Made by a program: the position numbers and the translations under genes
Shown: positions 16,934-25,224 of the stretch, one piece after another
Layout of the letters: each line of letters starts with the position of its first letter
Position numbering within the stretch: the stretch's first letter is position 1
DNA from: a virus
Taxonomy: Duplodnaviria > Caudoviricetes
Virus record (IMG/VR): IMGVR_UViG_3300016665_000672
Coordinates: 1-47,045 of that record
Strand: one strand, 5' to 3'
DNA length: 47,045 bases
Notes under the pieces: generated by a model
Databases searched by the model: none
Seen by the model: the letters and a program-made list of their open reading frames with translations, nothing else
Told to the model about the DNA's origin: nothing

Positions 16934-17910
16934 CGCTCGCCCTCAAGCGAGAGGGCAAGTCCGAGGGCACCCAGCGGATGTACGACCAGAAGATCGCCCA
17001 GCTCGGGCGCGTGCTGGGCGACCTCACGCCGCTTCAGGAACTCATGCGGTCCGACGTGGTCGACGGGTACGTGAGCACGCGCGAGCGCGAGGGGGTGACC
17101 GCGAGCACCATCCACAAGGAGCTCGTCGCCCTGCGGCAGATCCTCCGCCATGCGAAGCGCCGGAAGTGGGTCCGTGGCGAGCTCGACGAAGTGATGCCCG
17201 TCGGCTACTCGCCGCGGTACACGCCCCGGACGACGGTCATCGACCAGGCCGACTGGCCTCGCCTGCTGGATGAGGTCGCCTACGTGACGCCGAAGCAGCG
17301 CCCGCGCGACCGGAACACGCCCAAGCCCATCGCGGTCCCGTTCCCTCGGCACCGCGCCGCCCAGATCGCGTTCGCGTTGGCCACCGGGGCGAACGCGAAC
17401 GAGGTCGCGCGAGCGCGGAGGCGGCACATCGATCTCAAGGCCGGGTTCGTCTTCATCGATGGCACCAAGCGCGAGTCGAGGCGCCGCCACGTGCCGGTCA
17501 TGGCCACGACCAAGCGCCTGCTCGAGCGCGTGCTCCGCGACGCGCCGGGCAAGGAGCCTGATGACCTCCTGTTCAGCCCGTGGCCGAACATGCGGCGCGA
17601 CCTGCACAAGCGGTGCGTTGCGCTGAAGCTCCCGAAGGTCACGAGCAACGACCTCCGCCGCTCGTTCGGGAGCATGCTTGCCCGCGCGGGCGTGCCCTTC
17701 GAGGTCATCGCCAAGCTGATGGGCCACAAGAGCACGAAGATGGTGATGGAGGTCTACGGCCAGATGAGGCCCGAGGACCTGGCCGCCATCGTGCGCAAGA
17801 TGGTGGTCGCACCCGGCCGTCGCGGCTGGGACAAGGGTGGGACGGCGATCCGGAAACGACCTGCACCGTCGAGCAAGAACGGGGAGCGGAAGGCCCGGAA
17901 AACCCGCTGA
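16753..17910 (+). CDS. int: Tyrosine integrase
   Basis: N-terminal arm-binding-like domain; TASTIHKELVAL; GTK; NDLRRSFGS; LMGH; VY; next to attP. Confidence 0.92.
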   Translation: MFKRGGKYYAWNPLTGRRESTRCTDKEAARLVVAEWERRAADPTYHDAASKTLGHGAQLLTLALKREGKSEGTQRMYDQKIAQLGRVLGDLTPLQELMRSDVVDGYVSTREREGVTASTIHKELVALRQILRHAKRRKWVRGELDEVMPVGYSPRYTPRTTVIDQADWPRLLDEVAYVTPKQRPRDRNTPKPIAVPFPRHRAAQIAFALATGANANEVARARRRHIDLKAGFVFIDGTKRESRRRHVPVMATTKRLLERVLRDAPGKEPDDLLFSPWPNMRRDLHKRCVALKLPKVTSNDLRRSFGSMLARAGVPFEVIAKLMGHKSTKMVMEVYGQMRPEDLAAIVRKMVVAPGRRGWDKGGTAIRKRPAPSSKNGERKARKTR

Positions 17911-18043
17911 TTTCTGGTAGGCCCAGTGGGGATCGAACCCACGACCAACGGATTAAAAGGCCCAGATACACGCGTGCGAAAACACCGGGAATTGCCCGTG
18001 ATCGATCCAGGATCCTGAATCGGCGTGGGACACAGGTGGGACA
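17827..18043. repeat. Paired arm-type repeats TGGGAC(A/G) flanking the att core
   Basis: Copies at 17827-17833 and 17838-17844, and at 18026-18032 and 18037-18043; 11-bp period in both pairs. Confidence 0.75.
17915..17959 (-). other. attP core: 3' half of tRNA-Lys(UUU)
   Basis: Minus strand reads CTTTTAA TCCGT TGGTC GTGGG TTCGATC CCCAC TGGGCCT A CCA, i.e. anticodon loop through the CCA end. The 5' half is absent. Confidence 0.9.
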
Positions 18044-18087
18044 GGAATTTCGCAGGCCTCGGAGCGCAGGCCTAGGAGGTGCGACGA

Positions 18088-18282
18088 ATGAACCGCGAGC
18101 CCGAGATCATCATCAACGGCGTCCGCCTGACTGAGGCGCAGGCAATGGCCGTTCGCGTCGCCGTGGCCAGCTTCCGCGTTGGGCTCACCGACCCGGAGCG
18201 GATGGCGGACCTCGGCCGGATCGGTCCGATCTACGACGCGCGGCTCCGCGAGGTCGAGCTGGTGATGGTCGGCGAGAGGTGA
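18088..18282 (+). CDS. Small hypothetical protein beyond attP
   Basis: AGGAGGT RBS; MNREPEIIINGVRLTEAQAMAVRVAV. Confidence 0.75.
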   Translation: MNREPEIIINGVRLTEAQAMAVRVAVASFRVGLTDPERMADLGRIGPIYDARLREVELVMVGER

Positions 18283-18283
18283 C

Positions 18284-18339
18284 AAAACGACGAAGGCCCG
18301 AGCGCCCCGCGGTGGGGAGCTCGGGCCATGTCGCTTTTT
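18284..18339. terminator. Likely bidirectional intrinsic terminator between the convergent early and late operons
   Basis: GGCCCGAGC/GCTCGGGCC stem (18295-18327) with AAAA on the left and TTTTT on the right. Confidence 0.75.
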
Positions 18340-18356
18340 GCGCCCTCGTCGGAGGG

Positions 18357-18569
18357 TCAGCTCTTCTCGATCTCGTCGCGCGTCTCGATGTACTTCGCGC
18401 CCGCACCGATGTCGTCCCGCCCGCTGTGCGTGAAGCTGGCGTGGCTGACGGTGTGCCCAGCGTCGCGGAGCTTCTGGACGAATTCGGCGGCGAGCCGGTT
18501 CGCGTCGTCCGCGTGCTTCTTGTTGTGGTGCGCGCCGGTGCCTTCGATCGTGATGTTCCAGTATCCCAT
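18357..18569 (-). CDS. Small hypothetical protein, last late gene
   Basis: AAGGAG RBS; MGYWNITIEGTGAHHN. Confidence 0.75.
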   Translation of the reverse strand: MGYWNITIEGTGAHHNKKHADDANRLAAEFVQKLRDAGHTVSHASFTHSGRDDIGAGAKYIETRDEIEKS

Positions 18570-18582
18570 GGGTGTCTCCTTG

Positions 18583-18903
18583 CTACCCGCGCCCATCCTC
18601 GCTGGACGGCGGCGGGTCGGTGATGTGCGCCGCGAGGGTGCGGACGGTGCGCTCGAGCGCCTGGATGCGAGCTTCCTTGGCCGCGTCCAGGGCTTCGAGC
18701 GCGCTGATGCGCGTGCCGTCTGCCTCGCGGCTCGACTCCATCTTGTCGAGGCGCCGGGCGATCTCGTCGAACTTGGCGATCACGGTTGCGTTCAAGGTGG
18801 CCAACCCGACTCTCACCGCGACGTGGGCCGCGAGTGGCCCGCCGAGCAGTGAGATCACAGCTACCACAACCGACAGAATCGAAAGGATCGTTGCGAGGCT
18901 CAC
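18583..18903 (-). CDS. Membrane-anchored coiled-coil protein (lysis accessory; i-spanin- or holin-like)
   Basis: N-terminal TM segment then heptad-rich region; GTGA-coupled to the endolysin gene. Confidence 0.65.
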   Translation of the reverse strand: MSLATILSILSVVVAVISLLGGPLAAHVAVRVGLATLNATVIAKFDEIARRLDKMESSREADGTRISALEALDAAKEARIQALERTVRTLAAHITDPPPSSEDGRG

Positions 18904-19601
18904 GTGATGCCCTCCAGCTCCTTGGCGATCTGCGCTGCGACGTCGACGGCCTGCGGCACCTCGAGAGGCCGCGCATCGGTCCAGTGAGCAGCAGGTTCCG
19001 GCGGGGCCGGGATGGTGGGCCAGTCGGCCTCCGTCACAGCGCGCTCGAGACGCTGAGCAAGGTCGAGCACGCTGCGCGTGTACGCCGCCGGCGAGCTGGA
19101 GAAGTACTTCGGCGGGCCGAGCAGACCCTCGACGAACGCTGCGGTCGCCTCGACTCCGGTCGCAGCCTGGAGCGCCACGATCGCGCGACCCCACTGGCGA
19201 TCGAGCACGCGGAGCTTGTCGGCGCAGCCCTCGCGGAACGTTGCGTAGGCGCGGAAGCGAGACCCCGCCACCGGCACCGCGGACACCTTGCCGGGCCCGC
19301 ACGCGACGCTGCTCTCCACGATGCGCCAGCCTGCGGGGACCTTGCCCTCGGGGAAGCACTCGGGCGCGCCCCGGAGCACGTGGTAGTCGCCCGCGTACGG
19401 CCCGAGGGCCATCACGTTGCCCGTGTTGTAATTCCAACACGAGGAGCCGCCGTGGCCGCACTCGAGTGTCGCCTGCCCGGCGAGGATGGCGAGCGCGGCA
19501 CGTGACGGCTCGCCGCCGAGGACCTCGCGCCACGCCTCGGCGTACGCGGCTAGCAGCTCGGCGAGGGCCCACGGCGTGCGGTAGACGGGGACTTCAGCCA
19601 T
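18900..19601 (-). CDS. Endolysin, GH73 glucosaminidase/muramidase-like
   Basis: AGQATLECG...NYNTGN...FRAYATFREG...YFS...Y. Confidence 0.75.
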   Translation of the reverse strand: MAEVPVYRTPWALAELLAAYAEAWREVLGGEPSRAALAILAGQATLECGHGGSSCWNYNTGNVMALGPYAGDYHVLRGAPECFPEGKVPAGWRIVESSVACGPGKVSAVPVAGSRFRAYATFREGCADKLRVLDRQWGRAIVALQAATGVEATAAFVEGLLGPPKYFSSSPAAYTRSVLDLAQRLERAVTEADWPTIPAPPEPAAHWTDARPLEVPQAVDVAAQIAKELEGIT

Positions 19602-19602
19602 C

Positions 19603-19713
19603 TCACACCCCCAGGAGGTCGAGCACCAGGTTGAGCGGCCACCGGAGGGCCGCGCCAAGCATTGCGAACGTGACCGCGGCGAGCGTGCGCAGCTCGTCGA
19701 GCAGCGCGCCCAT
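19603..19713 (-). CDS. 36-aa hydrophobic peptide (holin-like candidate)
   Basis: MGALLDELRTLAAVTFAMLGAALRWPLNLVLDLLGV; TGATG-coupled; directly upstream of the endolysin gene. Confidence 0.5.
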   Translation of the reverse strand: MGALLDELRTLAAVTFAMLGAALRWPLNLVLDLLGV

Positions 19714-20039
19714 CAGACGCTGCTGACGCGCAGGGTGAGCGGCGCACCGCCCTCGGCGCCGAGCGGCGTGGGCGTGCCGTTGTTGTCGGCGACGAACCGG
19801 ACGAGGTACTGGACGTTCGGTTTCAGCCTCATCGTCGACGCTGAGAACGTGTACGACGCGAGACCCGACGCGGCCGACGTGATGGACACGCTCGCCGAGC
19901 CCTTGTCGGTCGGGTCGTTTTCGCTCACCCACTCGATCCGCATCGTGTAGCCGGTGAGATTGAACGCCGTGCCGTCGCCATTCTTCGCGGTGACGACGCG
20001 CGTGCTGCTCGCGCTTGGCGCGAGTTCGATGTCAGCCAT
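19713..20039 (-). CDS. Small beta-sandwich adaptor (BppU N-terminal-like)
   Basis: DGTAFNLTGYT...ITSAASGLASYTF; resembles 21343-21681. Confidence 0.65.
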   Translation of the reverse strand: MADIELAPSASSTRVVTAKNGDGTAFNLTGYTMRIEWVSENDPTDKGSASVSITSAASGLASYTFSASTMRLKPNVQYLVRFVADNNGTPTPLGAEGGAPLTLRVSSV

Positions 20040-20047
20040 GCGACCTC

Positions 20048-21325
20048 TCAGAAGGCGGTTGTGCGGTCGGTGAGCCAGGGCGGCACGCCCATGCGTACGT
20101 GCGAGCTGACGACGGCGGGCAGGCCCTCGTCGGTGTACCCGAGCAGCGGCGCGTACGCCGACGCCGAGGCTGCGACGTAGGACGAGGGCACGTAGACCTT
20201 CTTGCGGCCGCTGCGGAACATGCGACCCGTCAGGTAGTTGACCGCGTACGCGCGACCGTCGCCGCCGATCCATCCGCAGGTGTACTGCAGCGCGCTCGGG
20301 CTCGCATTGGCGAGGACCATCCAGCCCGACGTCTGCAGCTCGCTCCCGACGTCGCACACGAGCGCAGACGCCGAGTTTCCGGCGCCGATCGCGAAGATCG
20401 AGCGACCATTGTCGAAGAGCTGAGGCAGCGTAGCGAACGAGAGACCGCCGGAGAAGATGCCCGTCGCACTCGACCGCAGATCGGGCTGCATCGAGTAGAC
20501 GGAGCCGCGCATGCCGTAGGACGTCGGGAAAGGGCTCGCGCCGCCGATCGACAAGATTGCGCCGCCAATCGTGGCAACGCCGCTCTCCCAGATTGGCGTG
20601 GCGAGGGTGATACCACCAGTTGACCAGTTCGTTGGAGACGCGAGCGACGCCGACCCTACAGTGTTGAGACCTGCGGCGCCGGTGTAGCCGCCGACGATGA
20701 TGATCCGCCCGTTGGCGATCGCCATCTGCGCGCTGTCGCGACGCGCATCGATTGTCGATCCGGTGCTGCTCCACACCGTGGGTGTGGCCAGCGACGCCGA
20801 GTAGATCGTCGTGTCGTTCACGTACGCGCCGAACGCGTACAGGGTGCTGCCGATGAGCGCGATGCGTGCGCCTCCGAGCGCTGCGGGCATGGTCGCGCCT
20901 GTGTCGGACCACGTTGGCACCGCGCCAGACGCGTCGTAAGTAGCGGTCAGGATCTTGTTGGTGTCGGTGCCGCTGCCGTTGCGCGCGCCGAACATGTAGA
21001 GCGCATTGCCGACGCGCCAGATCCCGCCGATTGAGTACTTCGTGCCGGCGACGTCGACGTCCGCGCCGGTGTCCTCCCAGTGTTGCGGGTCGGGGATCCA
21101 GTAGTCGGTCAGTGTGGGCGACCCGCCGGAGCCCGAGAGCGTGCGCGATCCCGCGGGGCCGGTCAGCGAGAGACCGCTGCCGACCGTGACGGCCTCAAGC
21201 GCGCCAGCGTCTGCGTAGACCAGGCCGGTACCGGAGACGGTGGCGCCGCCCGAGGGCTGGTCGACCACGCCCTCGACCGTCACGTACGGCGGCGATGAAA
21301 GCGTGACGTAGGGCGATGCCGACAT
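20048..21325 (-). CDS. Kelch-like beta-propeller protein, candidate receptor-binding protein
   Basis: Repeated LYMFG / LYAFG / IIIVGG / ILSIGG blades, each followed by W. Confidence 0.7.
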   Translation of the reverse strand: MSASPYVTLSSPPYVTVEGVVDQPSGGATVSGTGLVYADAGALEAVTVGSGLSLTGPAGSRTLSGSGGSPTLTDYWIPDPQHWEDTGADVDVAGTKYSIGGIWRVGNALYMFGARNGSGTDTNKILTATYDASGAVPTWSDTGATMPAALGGARIALIGSTLYAFGAYVNDTTIYSASLATPTVWSSTGSTIDARRDSAQMAIANGRIIIVGGYTGAAGLNTVGSASLASPTNWSTGGITLATPIWESGVATIGGAILSIGGASPFPTSYGMRGSVYSMQPDLRSSATGIFSGGLSFATLPQLFDNGRSIFAIGAGNSASALVCDVGSELQTSGWMVLANASPSALQYTCGWIGGDGRAYAVNYLTGRMFRSGRKKVYVPSSYVAASASAYAPLLGYTDEGLPAVVSSHVRMGVPPWLTDRTTAF

Positions 21326-21342
21326 GGATCAGATCCCCCCGC

Positions 21343-21681
21343 TCAAAGCGCCGAGACCACCATCAGCAACGGCTCCTCGCCGGCGCCGGGGAACGTCCGC
21401 ACGACGCCCGCGCCGTCGGTCGCAACGACCTGGGCGACGTACTCTCCGCGCGCGAGCAGCGCCGTCTCGGCGGCCGTGTACTGCATCGTGACCTTGCCCG
21501 ACGTCGGTGCGTCGACCGCCGTCGCTGCGCGATCGGTGGCGGCCGACGCGCTCCGCAGGCGAGTGCGCCAGAGGAGCGTGCAGCCGGTCAGGTCGGCCGG
21601 AGCGCCGTTCTGCAGGCAGGTGATGACGTGGTCACCCGTCGAGACGGTGTCGCCGATGTTGATTCGGACGATGTTGGCCAT
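21343..21681 (-). CDS. BppU N-terminal-like adaptor protein
   Basis: IGDT...NGAPADLTGCT...DAPTSGKV...GEYVAQV...VRTFP. Confidence 0.7.
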   Translation of the reverse strand: MANIVRINIGDTVSTGDHVITCLQNGAPADLTGCTLLWRTRLRSASAATDRAATAVDAPTSGKVTMQYTAAETALLARGEYVAQVVATDGAGVVRTFPGAGEEPLLMVVSAL

Positions 21682-21687
21682 GGGTCC

Positions 21688-22764
21688 TCAGGAGGCGAGC
21701 CGGATGGTGCGCTCGGTGGACTCGACATCGACGGTGCGTGCGACGGTCGACAGCCGCACGGCGCGCTCGACGCTCGAGAGGGCGATCGAGGGCTCGAGCG
21801 TGGCGAGGCGGATCGCGCGCTCGACCGACTCGACCGAGACGGTGAGCGGGTCGGTCCACGGGGCGTGAGCCGTCGCGACCGAGCAGGTCGAGACCAGCGT
21901 CGCCGGATCGAGCGTGACCGAGCAGGCCGCGGCGATCGCGACGGTGCAGGACGCGCTCAGCGAGGCCGCATCGAGCGTGCCGCTGAGGGTCGCGCCGATT
22001 GCCGCCGTCGCCGAGCTCGTGCAGGTCGCCGCCGCCAGCGTGGCCGAGGCCGAGGCCCCGATTGCTGCCGTGCCCGTCGACGAGACCGTGCAGGCGCCGA
22101 GCGTCTTGCTCAGGGCCGCGGCGATGGCGTTCGTCGAAGCGCTCGCCAGCGTCGCCGCGGCGAGCGTGGCCGACGTTGCCGCAGCGATCGCGCTGGTCGC
22201 GCCGCTCGAGAGCGTGCACGCCGCGAGAGTCGACGCCGAGGCCGCGGCGATCGCGTTCGTTGCGCCCGAGACGAGCGTCGCAGACGCCAGCGTCGCCGAG
22301 ATCGAGCCGGCGATCGCGTTGGTCGCCGCGCTCCCGAGGGTGCAGGCCCCGAGCGTCGCCGAGAGGCTCGCGCCGATGGCGCACGTTGCCGCCGACGTGA
22401 GCGTCGCCGCCGCGAGGGTTCGCGTTGCTGCCGCCGCAATTGCGACGGTGGACGCTGAGGCCAGCGTTGCCGGTGCCAGCGTGACCGCGAGGTCTGCAGT
22501 GATGCCGCCGGAGCCAGCAACCGTGGCCGTCGAGGAGAGCGTCGCGTTGGCGAGGGTCGCGGTGAGCGATGCGCTGATCTCGGTGCTGGCCGTGCTCGAA
22601 AGGGTGGCCGCGCCGAGCGTGACAGCGAGGTTTGCCGTGATCCCGCCGCCAGGAGCGGGGGCGTCGATGTTGTCGGCGTCGAACCAGCCAGCGGGCACCG
22701 CATCGACGTCGAACCACGCGAGCTCGACGAGGTCGGGGTCGAACACGCCGAGCTGGATCGCCAT
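21688..22764 (-). CDS. Ala/Thr/Ser-rich protein with twelve 21-aa repeats
   Basis: Units of I-x6-TL-xx-(A/C)TL-x-S-xx-T-x-A at about 21874-22641, then 9-aa repeats at the C-terminus. Confidence 0.8.
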   Translation of the reverse strand: MAIQLGVFDPDLVELAWFDVDAVPAGWFDADNIDAPAPGGGITANLAVTLGAATLSSTASTEISASLTATLANATLSSTATVAGSGGITADLAVTLAPATLASASTVAIAAAATRTLAAATLTSAATCAIGASLSATLGACTLGSAATNAIAGSISATLASATLVSGATNAIAAASASTLAACTLSSGATSAIAAATSATLAAATLASASTNAIAAALSKTLGACTVSSTGTAAIGASASATLAAATCTSSATAAIGATLSGTLDAASLSASCTVAIAAACSVTLDPATLVSTCSVATAHAPWTDPLTVSVESVERAIRLATLEPSIALSSVERAVRLSTVARTVDVESTERTIRLAS

Positions 22765-22767
22765 GGG

Positions 22768-23736
22768 TTACACGTCCGCTGCGTCGAGCCAGATCGCGGG
22801 CATGCCGCCCGTCCACGCGGATGCAAGAGCGAGCGTCGCCGCCGTGGCAGGCAACGCACCGGCAGTGACCGCGAACTGGAACAGGTAGCTGCACATGTAC
22901 GTGCCGATCGCCATCGAGCCCGGGAGCGCGCTGGGCGTGCTCTGGATCTGGCCTGTCGTGGCGGTCGTCGTGTTGCCCCACGCGGCGAGCCCCGCGGTGG
23001 TGCCGGTCGTGTTGGCCGATACGGCGACGAAATACGTCGTGTTGGCCGACAGCGTGACGCCAGGACTGACCTGCTGCGAGCCCCAGGCGTTTGCGGCCGT
23101 CGTGATCGTGAACGCGTTGGTGATGCGCGCGAGATCGCTGAGGCGGTAGAGCGCGATCGTGTAGATGCTCGTGACCGCGCCGATTCCGTACCAGCGCAGG
23201 CGTGCCACCGTGATCGCCTGCTGCACGCAAAACGACGAGCAGCGCGCGACGGTGGCGCCGATGTTGGTCGGCGTGGGCCCGACCCAGCCCGCGCGCTGGA
23301 CCTGCACCATGAGGTCGTTCGGGTCGCCGCGCCCCATCGTCGAGACGAGCTGGCCGTCGTACATGGTCGAGCGCGAGACGAGAGTGCCTGCGCTCTCGTA
23401 CCACCCCGCGCCCTCGGTCCACGTGAGCGAGCCTCCGGGGCCGAGCACCGCATCGGCCAACTCGCACGTCGTCGTGCCGTCGAAATGCTGCACCGACACG
23501 CCGACCGATCCGCTCGTCGCCGTGTTGTGCACGACGATGTGCTTCACGTTCCGGTACGTGCTCGACGCCGGGCTCGTGACGACCGTCGTCGTGGTCGCGC
23601 TAGAGATCGCGGTGTTCTTCCGGCCCGGAGTAATGGTCCCGCTCGCGTTGTCGACGTACGACGCGTGCACGGTCACGGTCACGGCCGCGTCGGTGACGAC
23701 CCGGATCACGTCGGACGTCGATGCGAGGAGCAGCAT
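22768..23736 (-). CDS. Beta-rich virion / fibre-associated protein
   Basis: Thr/Ser/Gly-rich; tightly packed in the late operon. Confidence 0.7.
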   Translation of the reverse strand: MLLLASTSDVIRVVTDAAVTVTVHASYVDNASGTITPGRKNTAISSATTTTVVTSPASSTYRNVKHIVVHNTATSGSVGVSVQHFDGTTTCELADAVLGPGGSLTWTEGAGWYESAGTLVSRSTMYDGQLVSTMGRGDPNDLMVQVQRAGWVGPTPTNIGATVARCSSFCVQQAITVARLRWYGIGAVTSIYTIALYRLSDLARITNAFTITTAANAWGSQQVSPGVTLSANTTYFVAVSANTTGTTAGLAAWGNTTTATTGQIQSTPSALPGSMAIGTYMCSYLFQFAVTAGALPATAATLALASAWTGGMPAIWLDAADV

Positions 23737-23740
23737 GGGC

Positions 23741-24151
23741 TTACCCGTTGCCGTCGGTGATCGAGAACGTGTTGACGGTGACGACCTGGCCGTTCGCGAT
23801 GTTCGCGTTGTCGGCCGTCATGTCGCCGCCGCCGCCGGTCACGGTGAATGAGCCCTGCATCTTGCAGACGCCGCCGACGGTGATGCGGAAGTACTGGCCG
23901 AGCGTGCCCGTGCTCGCGGCCGCGAGGCCCGTCACGGTCCACGTGCCGGCTTTGGCCTTCACGCCGGCCGAGGAGGCGCCGAGCCAGTCCGACGGCAGCG
24001 TGCCGTTGGCGATCTTGGTTCCCGTGTCGGCGGCGGCGCAGTTGGCGGGCTTGGTGCCGTTCCAGATCTCGAGGACCGGCGCGGTGCCGATGTTGGTCTC
24101 GATCGCATCGTTGCGCGCGTCGCGCACGGCGTCGGCGAATTGGAGCGCCAT
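23741..24151 (-). CDS. Small virion structural protein (fibre subunit-like)
   Basis: GGAGG RBS; RDARNDA...LEIWNGTKPA...YFRI...QGSF..TGGGGDM; beta-rich. Confidence 0.75.
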   Translation of the reverse strand: MALQFADAVRDARNDAIETNIGTAPVLEIWNGTKPANCAAADTGTKIANGTLPSDWLGASSAGVKAKAGTWTVTGLAAASTGTLGQYFRITVGGVCKMQGSFTVTGGGGDMTADNANIANGQVVTVNTFSITDGNG

Positions 24152-24173
24152 GGTTCAGATCCTCCGTAGGTGG

Positions 24174-24527
24174 TCAGTCCTCGAGGGACCGGATTGCGTG
24201 GTCGATCGCTTCGGTGGCCTCGCGCACGAGCTTGGCGTGCCCGGACAACAGGCCCGCCGCCTCGAGCGGCACGAGCTGCAGGAGCGACGCGGCCCTGCGG
24301 ATGATCTCGAGCGCGTCGAGCCAGGGCTTCGGCAGCTCAAGGCCCGCGACCTTGCGACCAGAGCGCACGAGGTCGAGCGTCGCCTCGGTGATGTTCTCGT
24401 CGGCCGTGCGGTTCGACTCCCGCAGCGACGCCATCGCCGTGCGGATGTCGCCGACGACGGCGTCGAGCTCCTCTTGCGAGGGGATGGCGGTGCCGGAGCC
24501 CGACGCGCCCGAGTAGCCGGTGCTCAC
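24174..24527 (-). CDS. Helical hypothetical protein
   Basis: GTGA-coupled to the upstream membrane protein. Confidence 0.6.
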   Translation of the reverse strand: MSTGYSGASGSGTAIPSQEELDAVVGDIRTAMASLRESNRTADENITEATLDLVRSGRKVAGLELPKPWLDALEIIRRAASLLQLVPLEAAGLLSGHAKLVREATEAIDHAIRSLED

Positions 24528-24724
24528 GACGCGCCGCCCTTCGAGGCCGGCGACGGCGCGACCCAGCCGACGAGCAGCGTCACGAGCGGGGCGAGCGAGG
24601 CGCGCGCCCAGTCGGGCACGGGCGTGCCGCGGACGAGCATGATCGCGAGGGCGACCGAGAACACGAGCACGACGAACAGCAGCGCCAGCGCGGCGACCGC
24701 CGCGGGCGAGACCTTCGACAGCAT
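24524..24724 (-). CDS. Two-TM small membrane protein (holin candidate)
   Basis: GGAGG RBS; 66 aa with two hydrophobic helices. Confidence 0.65.
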   Translation of the reverse strand: MLSKVSPAAVAALALLFVVLVFSVALAIMLVRGTPVPDWARASLAPLVTLLVGWVAPSPASKGGAS

Positions 24725-24738
24725 GATGAGCCTCCGAA

Positions 24739-25224
24739 TCAGGCGAGGACTTTGCCGATGAACCGGGCACCCGTAGGCGCCCCTTCCGCGTCTCCCGGCA
24801 GCGCGAGGCGCCAGGACGTGGGCCACGCCGCGCGCACCTCGGTGGCCTCGGGCGTCGAGTCGAGGCGCGGGACGAGCACGCCCGCGACGTCGTCGCACTC
24901 CCACCAGGCGGCGAGGGTGCCGAGCTGCACGAGGATGGGCGCGAGCTGGGCGAAGACCGGGTTGGCTCCGGCCCTCGCGTCGCTCGGCACCCACGCCGCG
25001 TAGACGTACCGTCCGCCCGACGCGGGGCCGATGGGCTGGATCACGGTGGTGTAGTCCGTGTCGAGCCGGTACTCCCAGCCGAACGCGGTGCGCGAGACGG
25101 TGCGCCAGATCGCCTCCTCGCCAAGCGACGCGGGGAGCGGCGGGCCGCTCGCATCGTCGACCGGAGGCGCGCCGAGGACGACTCGCGGGGACATCACCCC
25201 GCCGCGGATGGTCACGCTGCCCAT
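24739..25224 (-). CDS. Hypothetical protein
   Basis: AGGAGG RBS; overlaps the end of the fibre gene. Confidence 0.65.
   Translation of the reverse strand: MGSVTIRGGVMSPRVVLGAPPVDDASGPPLPASLGEEAIWRTVSRTAFGWEYRLDTDYTTVIQPIGPASGGRYVYAAWVPSDARAGANPVFAQLAPILVQLGTLAAWWECDDVAGVLVPRLDSTPEATEVRAAWPTSWRLALPGDAEGAPTGARFIGKVLA

Noticed and set aside
17915-17990. Intact tRNA-Lys gene
   Set aside because: Sequence 5' of the anticodon loop cannot form the anticodon stem, D-arm or acceptor stem; it is an att core only.
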